From Candidatus Eremiobacteria bacterium (lineage in GTDB: Bacteria > Vulcanimicrobiota > Vulcanimicrobiia > Vulcanimicrobiales > Vulcanimicrobiaceae): a DNA stretch of 64,000 bases. Each line of letters opens with the position of its first letter. Position 1 is the first letter of the stretch. A model generated the notes under the pieces. The model ran no database searches, had not been told where the DNA came from, and saw only the letters and a list, made by a program, of their open reading frames with translations. The position numbers were made by a program, and so were the translations under genes. Shown here one piece after another: positions 10,253-21,420 of this stretch. The DNA lies in NCBI GenBank assembly GCA_963758295.1, contig CAVWUU010000001.1, positions 608,001-672,000 of the forward strand, written 5' to 3'.

Positions 10253-11860
10253 CTACAGCAAAACGCGCTTGAAGTCCCGCAGCAAGGAGCTCATATGGGC
10301 CAAAAAGCGTGCCGCTCCGGCGCCGTCGATGACGCGGTGGTCGTAGCTCACGCTGATCGGCAGGATTAACCGCGGCACAAACTGCGTGCCGTCCCAGACC
10401 GGCTTCATGGCCGAGCGCGTCGCGCCGAGAATTGCAACCTCGGGGGCGTTGACGATCTGCGTGAATTGCGTTCCGCCGATACCGCCGATCGACGAGATCG
10501 TGAACGTTCCCCCTTGCATGTCGCTCATGCCCAGTTTGCCGTCGCGCGCCTTCGCCGCGAGCTCCGACGACTCACGCGCGATTTGCAGCAGCCCTTTGCT
10601 TTCGGCGTTCTTCAGGACGGGAACGACCAGCCCGTTCGGCGTGTCCGCCGCGAAGCCGATGTTATAGTACCGCTTGTACACGAGGTCGTCGGCGTCCAGC
10701 GAGCTGTTGAATTCCGGGAAGCGCTGCAGTGCCGTAACCGACGCTTTGATCAAGAACGCCAGCATCGTCATCTTCACGCCGGATGATTTGGTTTGTTCCT
10801 TGTTGACGTCGTTGCGGAAGGCTTCGAGGTCGGTGATGTCGGCTTCGTCGTAGTTCGTGATGTGCGGAATTTGCAACCAGTTGCGATGGAGATTCGGCCC
10901 CGAGAACTTTTTGATGCGCGGTAACGGCTTGCGTTCGATCGGGCCGAACTGCGCGAAATCGACTTTCGGCCACGCGGGCAACGCCGCAATACCGAATCCG
11001 CCGGCCGGCGCACCGGGTGCGCGTTCTTGCAACGCGGATTTCACCCACCGCTGCACGTCTTCGCGTGTCACGCGGCTGTTCGGTCCGCTTCCCGCTACGC
11101 CGCGTAGATCGACACCTAGTTCGCGGGCGAACCTTCTGATCGCCGGACTCGCGTGAACGACACCACCGGGCGCATGCGAGGCGTTGCTGATATCCGCTCG
11201 TGCTTCGACGGGCTCAGCATGACGGGTTTCGTCGCCCTGAGCTTGTCGAAGGGTGGGCGCATCGGCGGTTTTAGCTTGACTCGCAGCTTTCGGCGCAGCA
11301 GGCGCGGCGTCGGAAACAAGCGTCGCGAGGACGGTGCCTTTGGACACCTTGTCGCCGACTTTGACCAAAACGTTTTTGATCGTGCCTGCTGCGCTCGACG
11401 GGACGTCCATCGACGCTTTTTCGCTTTCCAGCGTCACGAGCGGCGATTCTTTTTCAATGCGGTCACCGGGCTTGATGGCGACTTCGATAACCGGAATCTC
11501 CTGGAAATCGCCGATGTCCGGCATGCGCAACTCGACTTCCGCCGTTTGTTGAATCTCCGCCGAAGCCGGCGCTTCTTTTGAAGCGAGCGGCGCCTGCGCC
11601 GGTGCTGCCGGCTGCGCCGCATCGGAACGCAGCGTTACGATCGGCATGCCTTCGGACACTTTGTCGCCTACTTTGATGCTTACGTTTTCGACGACGCCGT
11701 CGGCACTCGACGGCACTTCCATCGAAGCTTTTTCGCTTTCAAGCGTGATCAGCGAATCGTCTTTCTTTACTTGATCGCCGGGCTTGACCAGCACTTCGAT
11801 TACCGGAACGTCGTTGAAGCCCCCAATATCGGGCACTCGAACCTCGATGGTGTTGCTCAC
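10253..11860 (-). CDS. aceF: Pyruvate dehydrogenase E2, dihydrolipoamide acetyltransferase (two lipoyl domains)
   Basis: Two ESEKASM lipoyl motifs, ASPAIRRFARELG peripheral-subunit-binding domain, YDHRVIDG. Confidence 0.96.
   Translation of the reverse strand: MSNTIEVRVPDIGGFNDVPVIEVLVKPGDQVKKDDSLITLESEKASMEVPSSADGVVENVSIKVGDKVSEGMPIVTLRSDAAQPAAPAQAPLASKEAPASAEIQQTAEVELRMPDIGDFQEIPVIEVAIKPGDRIEKESPLVTLESEKASMDVPSSAAGTIKNVLVKVGDKVSKGTVLATLVSDAAPAAPKAASQAKTADAPTLRQAQGDETRHAEPVEARADISNASHAPGGVVHASPAIRRFARELGVDLRGVAGSGPNSRVTREDVQRWVKSALQERAPGAPAGGFGIAALPAWPKVDFAQFGPIERKPLPRIKKFSGPNLHRNWLQIPHITNYDEADITDLEAFRNDVNKEQTKSSGVKMTMLAFLIKASVTALQRFPEFNSSLDADDLVYKRYYNIGFAADTPNGLVVPVLKNAESKGLLQIARESSELAAKARDGKLGMSDMQGGTFTISSIGGIGGTQFTQIVNAPEVAILGATRSAMKPVWDGTQFVPRLILPISVSYDHRVIDGAGAARFLAHMSSLLRDFKRVLL
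11203..11251. repeat. REP-like imperfect inverted repeat inside the aceF linker
   Basis: CTTCGACGGGCTCAGCATGAC (11203-11223) and GTCGCCCTGAGCTTGTCGAAG (11231-11251), 16/21 identical as reverse complements. Related half at 60544-60566. Confidence 0.7.
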
Positions 11861-11874
11861 GTACTCCTCGCGTC

Positions 11875-14541
11875 CTAAACGGTAATCGGATTGGGCTTGT
11901 TCGGATTGATGCCGTACTTCTCGATCGCTTCACGAACGATGTTTCGCGAGATCGTTCCGTCGTCGGCGAGCGCATTGAGCGCAGCCACCGTAACGAAGTA
12001 TCGATTCACTTCAAAGAACTCGCGAAGCTTCGCGCGGAAGTCGCTGCGGCCGTAGCCGTCCGTTCCGAGCGTGACGAAGCGGCGGTTTCCGACGTACGGG
12101 CGAATCGATTCGCTGTACAAGCGGATGTAATCCGTCGCCGCGATGCCGGGGCCTTGCCGGTCCGCAAGCATCTGCTCTACGTAGCAAAGCTCGCGTTCGC
12201 TTTCGGGATGTAGCATGTTGCGCCGGTGCGTATCCACGCCGTCGCGTTGCAACTCGTTGAAGCTCGTGCAGCTCCACACGTCGCTTTGAACGTTCCAGTC
12301 GCTTGCGAGCAAGTCGCTTGCCGCAATGACTTCGCGAAGGATTGCACCCGAGCCGAAAAGCTGAACGCGCGGCGTTTTCTTCTCGGGCTTGCCGCCGTCG
12401 CGGAAGAGGTACATGCCTTTGAGAATGCCGCTTTCTGCACCGGCCGGCATGTCGGGATGCGAGTAGTTCTCGTTGAGCAGCGTGATGTAGTAGTAAATGT
12501 CTTCCTGGTCCGTCAACATGCGGCGCAAGCCGTCTTGAATGATGACGGCTACTTCGTAACCGAACGTCGGATCGTAGCTGCGGCAGTTCGGAATGAACGA
12601 AGCGAAGACTTGGCTATGCCCGTCTTCATGCTGCAGGCCTTCACCGTTGAGCGTCGTGCGGCCGGACGTTCCGCCGAGTAAGAAGCCGCGCGTGCGCGAG
12701 TCCCCAGCGGCCCACGCGAGATCGCCGACCCGTTGGAAACCGAACATCGAGTAGAAGATGTAGAACGGAATCATCGGCAAGTCGTGATTGGAATACGACG
12801 TGCCCGCCGAGATCCACGAAGAAATGGCACCGGCCTCGTTGATGCCTTCTTGCAGAATCTGGCCGTGTTTATCTTCGCGATACCACATCAGTTGTTCGGC
12901 ATCTTGCGGATGGTACAGTTGGCCGACCGACGAGTAAATGCCCAGCTGCCGGAACATGCCTTCCATGCCGAACGTGCGCGATTCGTCGGCAACGATCGGG
13001 ACGATGCGCGGGCCGAGCGTGCGATCGCGCGCGATCGTATTAAGAATGCGCACGAACGCCATCGTAGTGGAGATTTCGCGCTCGCCTGTTCCTTTGAGCT
13101 GTGCGTCGAAGGCCGAAAGCTCCGGAACCGCGAGCGTTTCGGACTTCTCGCGCCGCTTCGGAAGGCTGCCGAGCGCGTTCATGCGCTCGCGCAGATACGT
13201 CATCTCGCGGCTGTCTTCGGCCGGCCGGTAGAACGGAATCTTTTCGATCTCGGTGTCGTTCACCGGAATCAGGAAGCGATCGCGGAACGCGCGCATCTCC
13301 TCGATTTCCATTTTCTTCGCCTGGTGCGCAATGTTGCGCGCTTCGCCGGCTTCGCCCATGCCGTAGCCTTTGATCGTCTTCGCAAGAATGACGGTCGGCA
13401 TACCGGTGGTTTCGGTTGCGGCTTTATAGGCGGCGTAAACCTTACGCGGATCGTGTCCGCCGCGTTGCAAATTCCAAACCTGCTCGTCGGTCCATTCAGC
13501 GACAAGCGCGGCCGTTTCGGGATAACGTCCGAAGAATTCGTCGCGAACGTAGCGCCCGTTGCGCGATTTATACGTCTGATAATCGCCGTCGACGGTTTCA
13601 CTCATCAATTGCACGAGCCGTCCGCTGGAATCGTTTTGCAACAACCGGTCCCAACGGCTTCCCCAAATCACCTTGATGACGTTCCAGCCGGCGCCTTTAA
13701 AAACGCGTTCCAGTTCTTGAATGATCTTGCCGTTGCCGCGCACGGGGCCGTCGAGACGCTGCAGGTTGCAGTTGATGACCCAGATGAGGTTGTCGAGCTT
13801 CTCCCGCCCGGCAAGCGAAATGGCACCGAGCGTTTCGGGTTCGTCCGTTTCACCGTCGCCGACGAACGCCCACACCTTGCGTCCGGCGGTGTCTTTCAAA
13901 CCGCGATCGTGGACGTAACGCATGAAGCGCGCCTGATAGATCGACATGATTGGGCCGAGGCCCATAGATACCGTCGGATATTGCCAAAAGTCCGGCATGA
14001 GCCACGGATGCGGATACGACGGCAACCCGCCGCCGTCGACTTCTTGCCGGAAACGTTCGAGTTGCGATTCGCTGATGCGGCCTTCTAGAAACGCGCGCGC
14101 ATAAATACCGGGCGCGCTGTGTCCTTGCATGAACACCATGTCGCCGCCGAAATTTTCCGACGGCGCGCGCCAGAAATGATTGAAGCCGACGTCGTAAAGC
14201 GTTGCCGCCGACGCATAACTTGCTACATGGCCGCCAAGTTCGGAACTCGTTTTGTTTGCGCGAACGACCGTCGCCATTGCGTTCCAGCGCGTGATGTGGC
14301 GCAAGCGCGTTTCCAGCTCGTCGTCACCCGGCATCTCCGGTTGCTTATCAACCGGGATCGTATTGACGTAGGGCGTTTCGAGGCCGAGCGAAATGTGCGC
14401 TCCGCCGCGCTGCGCTTCACCGACGAGTTGTTCGAGCAATGCACGAGCGCGTTCCGGTCCTTCGACCTGAACGACGGCGCGCATGGCTTCGAGCCACTCT
14501 TGGGTCTCTTGCGGATCTGGATCGTGCAAAGACGTGGTCAT
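11875..14541 (-). CDS. aceE: Pyruvate dehydrogenase E1, homodimeric type
   Basis: DPDPQETQEW, GDGETDEPE TPP-binding motif, NCNLQRLDGPVRGN, GEGLQHEDG. Confidence 0.97.
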   Translation of the reverse strand: MTTSLHDPDPQETQEWLEAMRAVVQVEGPERARALLEQLVGEAQRGGAHISLGLETPYVNTIPVDKQPEMPGDDELETRLRHITRWNAMATVVRANKTSSELGGHVASYASAATLYDVGFNHFWRAPSENFGGDMVFMQGHSAPGIYARAFLEGRISESQLERFRQEVDGGGLPSYPHPWLMPDFWQYPTVSMGLGPIMSIYQARFMRYVHDRGLKDTAGRKVWAFVGDGETDEPETLGAISLAGREKLDNLIWVINCNLQRLDGPVRGNGKIIQELERVFKGAGWNVIKVIWGSRWDRLLQNDSSGRLVQLMSETVDGDYQTYKSRNGRYVRDEFFGRYPETAALVAEWTDEQVWNLQRGGHDPRKVYAAYKAATETTGMPTVILAKTIKGYGMGEAGEARNIAHQAKKMEIEEMRAFRDRFLIPVNDTEIEKIPFYRPAEDSREMTYLRERMNALGSLPKRREKSETLAVPELSAFDAQLKGTGEREISTTMAFVRILNTIARDRTLGPRIVPIVADESRTFGMEGMFRQLGIYSSVGQLYHPQDAEQLMWYREDKHGQILQEGINEAGAISSWISAGTSYSNHDLPMIPFYIFYSMFGFQRVGDLAWAAGDSRTRGFLLGGTSGRTTLNGEGLQHEDGHSQVFASFIPNCRSYDPTFGYEVAVIIQDGLRRMLTDQEDIYYYITLLNENYSHPDMPAGAESGILKGMYLFRDGGKPEKKTPRVQLFGSGAILREVIAASDLLASDWNVQSDVWSCTSFNELQRDGVDTHRRNMLHPESERELCYVEQMLADRQGPGIAATDYIRLYSESIRPYVGNRRFVTLGTDGYGRSDFRAKLREFFEVNRYFVTVAALNALADDGTISRNIVREAIEKYGINPNKPNPITV

Positions 14542-14577
14542 GGCGGGCCGCATTCCGCCCCAATTCCCGATTCCTTG

Positions 14578-15495
14578 CTAGTGGACCGGGCCAATAGGCA
14601 GGCCGGAGCCGTCCAATACAGGGCGACGCTCCTCGCGCAAGACGACGGCGATCGAGCCGAGCAGCAGCAGGCCGCCCGCCACTGCCGCCGGACTGACCGC
14701 TTCACCGAATAGCATGAGCGCTAGGACCGCGGCAAAAACCGGCTCGAGCAGGCTCGCGAACGAGATTGCGCTCGGGGTGAACCAGCGCAACGACGCATTT
14801 ATGCCGGTGTGGCCGAGAAGCTGGGAGATTAGGGCCATGGCGGCAATGCCGCCCCAGGCGGCGCCGGCGCTAATGGGTGGCGGGGGTTGCCGCGCGAGAA
14901 GCGCCGCCGCGACCAGAACGGCCGCCGACCACCCGTAGGTCCGTGTGACGATCGCTCGCGTTCCGAAGTCGTCGCGAATTTCGCGGACGAGAATAAGATA
15001 TGCGCCGATGGCCACGCTTCCCGAAAGCGCCAGCCCGGCGCCGGCCAGTTGGTGGCCGGGGTGCGGCGGAGCGGTGCGATCGAAGCCGACCACCATCACG
15101 AGGCCGGCGGCGCCAACCAAGAACGCCCCGAGCGACGCCCGGCTCAATCGCCGTCGGTGAACGATTGCGTCGTACATCGCCGTCCACGCCGGTGTCGAGG
15201 CAACCAGAAGCGTGGACACCGCCACGGTCGTGTATTCGAGCGACCAAATCCAAGTCGCGAAATGCATTGCCAACGCCACGCCGGCACAAATGAAGATCGC
15301 CCGTTCGCGAGGCGTGTGTTTGCGTAGCGGTTTCCGGAGGAGCGCTGCAATGGAGCCTAAGATCAGGGCCGCAATGGCGAGACGCGCCGCGGCAACGGCA
15401 AGCGGGCCGGCTCCCGAGAGCGCATAGCGTGCAAAAATAGCTGCGGCACCGATAGCAAGCTGCGCGCCGACGAGAATGAGGTACGGCATACCCAA
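14578..15495 (-). CDS. EamA/DMT family transporter
   Basis: Ten-TM pattern with HFATWIWSL and LLEPV.A motifs. Start is 15495 (TTG) or 15489 (ATG). Confidence 0.9.
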   Translation of the reverse strand: MGMPYLILVGAQLAIGAAAIFARYALSGAGPLAVAAARLAIAALILGSIAALLRKPLRKHTPRERAIFICAGVALAMHFATWIWSLEYTTVAVSTLLVASTPAWTAMYDAIVHRRRLSRASLGAFLVGAAGLVMVVGFDRTAPPHPGHQLAGAGLALSGSVAIGAYLILVREIRDDFGTRAIVTRTYGWSAAVLVAAALLARQPPPPISAGAAWGGIAAMALISQLLGHTGINASLRWFTPSAISFASLLEPVFAAVLALMLFGEAVSPAAVAGGLLLLGSIAVVLREERRPVLDGSGLPIGPVH

Positions 15496-15557
15496 TACTG
15501 AGTATGGGCTGCGAGTGTGCTGTATCGCTAGGCTTTTTCCGTGGAGGATACCAAAAC

Positions 15558-17354
15558 ATGAGAAAGCTGACTGCTGCCGCAGCCATCTTGGCCGGCGTTA
15601 TTACTGCATCGTGCGCCGGTCATGGCTCTGGGAATTCGGTAATTCCCGGTACCGCCGGCAACGCGTCGTCGCCCCAATCGGCGTCACGCGGAACGGGCCT
15701 GACACGGGCCGCGGCACTAAACGTTCAGCTGCCTTCGGGTTGGGCGGCGACGGGAACCCAAGCGATATCCCTCGTCAATGCGAGCGATACCGGCGCGCTT
15801 AGCAGCTCGCAGGTCATTACCGTTCGCCTCGGTCTCCAAATGCACAACGCTTCCCAGCTGCAGTCGCTCGTCGCAAGCGGACAAACGCTCAGCGACGGCG
15901 CTCTTGCGAGCACCTATTTGCCGACGGCATCCGACGTATCGGCTGTCATGTCGTATCTGTCGAAAAACGGCTTCACGAACGTAAAGGTCGAGCCGAATAA
16001 CTTGATCGTCAGCGGCGATGCAACCGTCGCGAACGTGCAGAAAGCGTTTAGCACGACGCTGCATTCGTTCAGCCAGAACGGCCGCAGCGTGTTTGCGAAC
16101 ACGACGGCGGCGCTCGTACCTACGAATTTGAGCAACATCGTCGTCGCCGTGCTCGGTTTGAACAACACCCCCGCGGCGAAGGTCGGGCCGCAGAAGGTCG
16201 CGCCGATTACGCCCTGCGACTTGACGACACCCGGCACCAACACGTGCGTTCGTTTATCGTATAATCCGCAAACGTATTGGAAGACGTACGACGCCGGCAC
16301 GGTCCCGCAGGCGACCAATGTTGCCGTTGCTGTTATTGCCGAAGGCAACGTTTCCGGCGTCGTCAGCGACCTTCGCGCTGAAGAGGCGGCCAACGGCCTT
16401 GCGCAGGTCCCGTACAGCGTCGTCCAGGTTGGTTTGCCGAGCACCGATACGTCGGGACTCGACGAATGGGATCTCGACACGCAGTCGTCCAGCGGTATCG
16501 CCGGCACGCTCAAGCATCTCTACGTTTATGCGACAACGTCGCTCACGGATTCCGACATCGCTGCCGCATACAGCAAGTGGGAATCCGATAATCTCGCGCA
16601 GATCGGCAACTCGTCGTTCGGCGGCTGCGAAGCTCTCCCGTACGTGGACGGCTCGATGCTCGTGGACGACGAAGTGCTGCTTTCCGCAGCAGCGCATGGA
16701 CAGACGATGTTTGCGTCTTCCGGAGATACCGGGTCGTTCTGCTCCGTCGGCACCCCGAACGGCGTGAACGCCGGTGCACCGCTTGTCGAATATCCGGCCG
16801 CTTCACCGTATGTGGTCGCCGTTGGTGGAACGACGTTGCTCAGCAATGCCGACGGCAGCTATGCCGGCGAAGTCGGCTGGATGAACGGCGGCGGCGGTGT
16901 AAGCCAATTCGAATACTCGCCGTACTGGCAGCAAGGCGTGCAACCGCAGTCGACCAGCGTCGCCGGCGTCTCCGCACCCGTTTCGATTCGCGGCGTACCC
17001 GATATCGCGATGGATGCGGATCCGAACACCGGTTTCGATACGTACGTCAGCGGCGTTTCCGAAGTCGTTGGTGGAACGAGCCTGGCCTCACCGCTCTCCG
17101 CCGGAACGTATGCGCGACTCTTGAGCGCCCACTCGACGCTCGGATTCGCCGCGCCGCGGTTCTACAAACTGTACGGAGGCTTCTCCGCGGTGAGTGAATC
17201 AACAAGCGGCACGCCGCCCACGGGATCGGTTAACGGATTCCACGACGTGCTCATCGGCAACAACACCCTTTACTCGGCACTTCCTGGATACGATTACATC
17301 ACCGGCCTCGGCAGTATCGACATCCAGAAAATGAACGGCACCATCGGTCATTAG
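15558..17354 (+). CDS. S53 family serine-carboxyl peptidase (sedolisin/pseudomonalisin-like), lipoprotein
   Basis: Lipobox TASC, pro-domain, EWDLD, SSGD, GGTSLASP, GYDYITGLGS. GGAGG RBS. Confidence 0.92.
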   Translation: MRKLTAAAAILAGVITASCAGHGSGNSVIPGTAGNASSPQSASRGTGLTRAAALNVQLPSGWAATGTQAISLVNASDTGALSSSQVITVRLGLQMHNASQLQSLVASGQTLSDGALASTYLPTASDVSAVMSYLSKNGFTNVKVEPNNLIVSGDATVANVQKAFSTTLHSFSQNGRSVFANTTAALVPTNLSNIVVAVLGLNNTPAAKVGPQKVAPITPCDLTTPGTNTCVRLSYNPQTYWKTYDAGTVPQATNVAVAVIAEGNVSGVVSDLRAEEAANGLAQVPYSVVQVGLPSTDTSGLDEWDLDTQSSSGIAGTLKHLYVYATTSLTDSDIAAAYSKWESDNLAQIGNSSFGGCEALPYVDGSMLVDDEVLLSAAAHGQTMFASSGDTGSFCSVGTPNGVNAGAPLVEYPAASPYVVAVGGTTLLSNADGSYAGEVGWMNGGGGVSQFEYSPYWQQGVQPQSTSVAGVSAPVSIRGVPDIAMDADPNTGFDTYVSGVSEVVGGTSLASPLSAGTYARLLSAHSTLGFAAPRFYKLYGGFSAVSESTSGTPPTGSVNGFHDVLIGNNTLYSALPGYDYITGLGSIDIQKMNGTIGH

Positions 17355-17382
17355 GCATCCTCCGCGGCCGAGGGCTGCCAAT

Positions 17383-17421
17383 AAAAAGGGCGTCGTACGT
17401 GGAGGTAACGGCGCCCTTTTT
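17383..17421. terminator. Intrinsic (bidirectional-type) terminator
   Basis: AAAAAGGGCGTCGT...ACGGCGCCCTTTTT. Confidence 0.75.
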
Positions 17422-17433
17422 CATTAAGCGGTT

Positions 17434-19671
<2,238 letters not shown>

Positions 19672-19675
<4 letters not shown>

Positions 19676-20325
19676 CGAACGCCGCTGCCGGTCCAGTAGT
19701 CGACGTCGGGACCGCTTGCGACGATCGCCGTCGCATGTTGCAGAATGGTCTTGGGCATCCGGATGCTGGCCTGCAGATGGTGCCACGTCCGCAAAACCTT
19801 GACGACGTAGTTTTGCGTCTCTTCGTACGGCGGAATGCCGCCGAAGCGTTGAACCGCTTTCGGGCCTGCATTGTATGCGGCGAAGACGAGATCGTAGCGG
19901 TGCGGATTCGCACCGAAAGTCTGCATCAGGCCGTGGAGATACCGCGCCGCGCCGGAAAGGTTCGAAGCCGGGTCGTGCGCGTTTACGCCAAGCATCGCCG
20001 CAGTGCCGGGCATCAACTGGCCGAGGCCAAGGGCGCCGGTGCGGGATACCGCGTGGGTTTGCCAGCTCGACTCGACCGTTACGATTGCCGCGAGCATGTT
20101 CGCGTCGAGTTTCCAACGGTTGGCGGTGGTAAGCAAATGGCGGGCGAGATCCTTGCTCTGCCAATCCGGTAACTGCGGATTGTAGTGGCGCAGCACCGTT
20201 GCGTAAACCGCTACGGTGGCGCTGTTGGCAGGGGTCGGATGCGGCGCGGCCTGTGCGATGGACGGGAAGAACAGCGCAAGGGCACACCAGAGTCCCGCTA
20301 AGAGCGGGGCGTGGCGTCGTATCAT
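19672..20325 (-). CDS. Lytic transglycosylase (SLT domain), secreted
   Basis: Signal peptide, VESS, GLGQLMP, AAYNAG, ETQNYV. Confidence 0.9.
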
Positions 20326-20417
20326 GGGCCGTTCGATTCACGCGCCGGCCCGCAATTCCCGGCAGGAAGAACCTGCTTGGACGGACTTGCAACCGAGCCG
20401 CGAGAACGAGCCGCTCT

Positions 20418-20579
20418 ATGAGCCGGTTTTCGGGGATGCCGCCGCGGTCGCGCCGGGCGTGGGGCATCGGATTGATCCTGTTTTTCCTCGTTATGCTCGG
20501 GATGATCGCGTGGTCGCAGTGGTATGCCGTCCACGTAAACGTCCCGCGCTATGAGGCGAAGATGAAAGCGCATCCGTGA
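20418..20579 (+). CDS. Small single-TM protein upstream of DUF190-crcB
   Basis: 53-aa ORF with one hydrophobic helix. Its stop overlaps the DUF190 start (GTGA). Confidence 0.5.
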   Translation: MSRFSGMPPRSRRAWGIGLILFFLVMLGMIAWSQWYAVHVNVPRYEAKMKAHP

Positions 20580-20920
20580 AGCTCGAGGGGCCCGGCAAGC
20601 TTCTGCGCATCTTCATCGGCGAGAGCGACCGCCACGGCGGCCAACCTCTTTACACTGCGATTGTCGAACGGGCGCGTAAGGAAGGCTTGAGCGGCGCAAC
20701 GGTCTTCAAAGGTATCGAAGGGTACGGCGGCCATTCGGTCGTGCACGCGGCGCGTGTCTTCGATCTTTCGAGCGATCTACCGGTGCTCATCGAGATCGCG
20801 GACACCGAAGAAAAGATTGGCGCGTTCATTCCGATTCTCGACGAATACGTCTCCGAAGGGATGGTTACGCTCGAGTCGATCGACGTGATCCGTTATAAAA
20901 CCGGTTCGCCTAAGTCATGA
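20576..20920 (+). CDS. DUF190 (PII-like) protein
   Basis: LLRIFIGESD, GATVFKGIEGYG and LSSDLPV.IEI.D motifs. Next to crcB. Confidence 0.92.
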   Translation: MKLEGPGKLLRIFIGESDRHGGQPLYTAIVERARKEGLSGATVFKGIEGYGGHSVVHAARVFDLSSDLPVLIEIADTEEKIGAFIPILDEYVSEGMVTLESIDVIRYKTGSPKS

Positions 20921-21324
20921 GCGCCGCACTGGACTGGCGCGCTCTTCTTGCAATTCTCGCGGGCGGCGGCATCGGCAGCGTCTTGCGCTATGTGGTCACG
21001 CTCGGCGTGACCCAGCGGCTGGGTCCGGGATTTCCCTACGCCACCCTCATCATCAATGTGACGGGCAGCCTCATCATCGGCATCGTCTTCGAACTCTCGC
21101 AGACCCGTTCGATCGGGATGCCTACGATAATGCGGCTCTTCCTTATGACCGGCATTCTGGGCGGCTACACGACCTTTTCGACTTTTTCTCTCGACATCGC
21201 TTTGCTCGCCGGGGAACGCGCGATACTGCTTTCATTCTTATATGCGGCCGGCAGCGTCGTACTAGGATTGGCAGCCGCGGCCACCGGCATCGTCGCGGTG
21301 CGTTCGTTCAATTTCCATGCGTAA
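20917..21324 (+). CDS. crcB: Fluoride channel Fluc/CrcB
   Basis: GG.IGS.LRY, FPYATLIIN and GILGGYTTFSTF motifs. Confidence 0.95.
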   Translation: MSAALDWRALLAILAGGGIGSVLRYVVTLGVTQRLGPGFPYATLIINVTGSLIIGIVFELSQTRSIGMPTIMRLFLMTGILGGYTTFSTFSLDIALLAGERAILLSFLYAAGSVVLGLAAAATGIVAVRSFNFHA

Positions 21325-21420
21325 CTCCGCATTTCTCCGCGGTCTGATACATCTTTGATTGTATGCGCGCAGGAAATCACACGCGTGCATGGGACCGCAT
21401 CTCTCTCTAGAGGAGGCTTT

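Noticed and set aside
12733..14088. Long antisense ORFs opposite aceE, and similarly opposite thiC, VPS10, M13 and MCC-beta
   Set aside because: Shadow ORFs expected from GC-rich codon bias; they carry no motifs.
20326..20417. Fluoride riboswitch upstream of the crcB operon
   Set aside because: No GGCGATGG..CGCC / GCTGATG-type core is visible.
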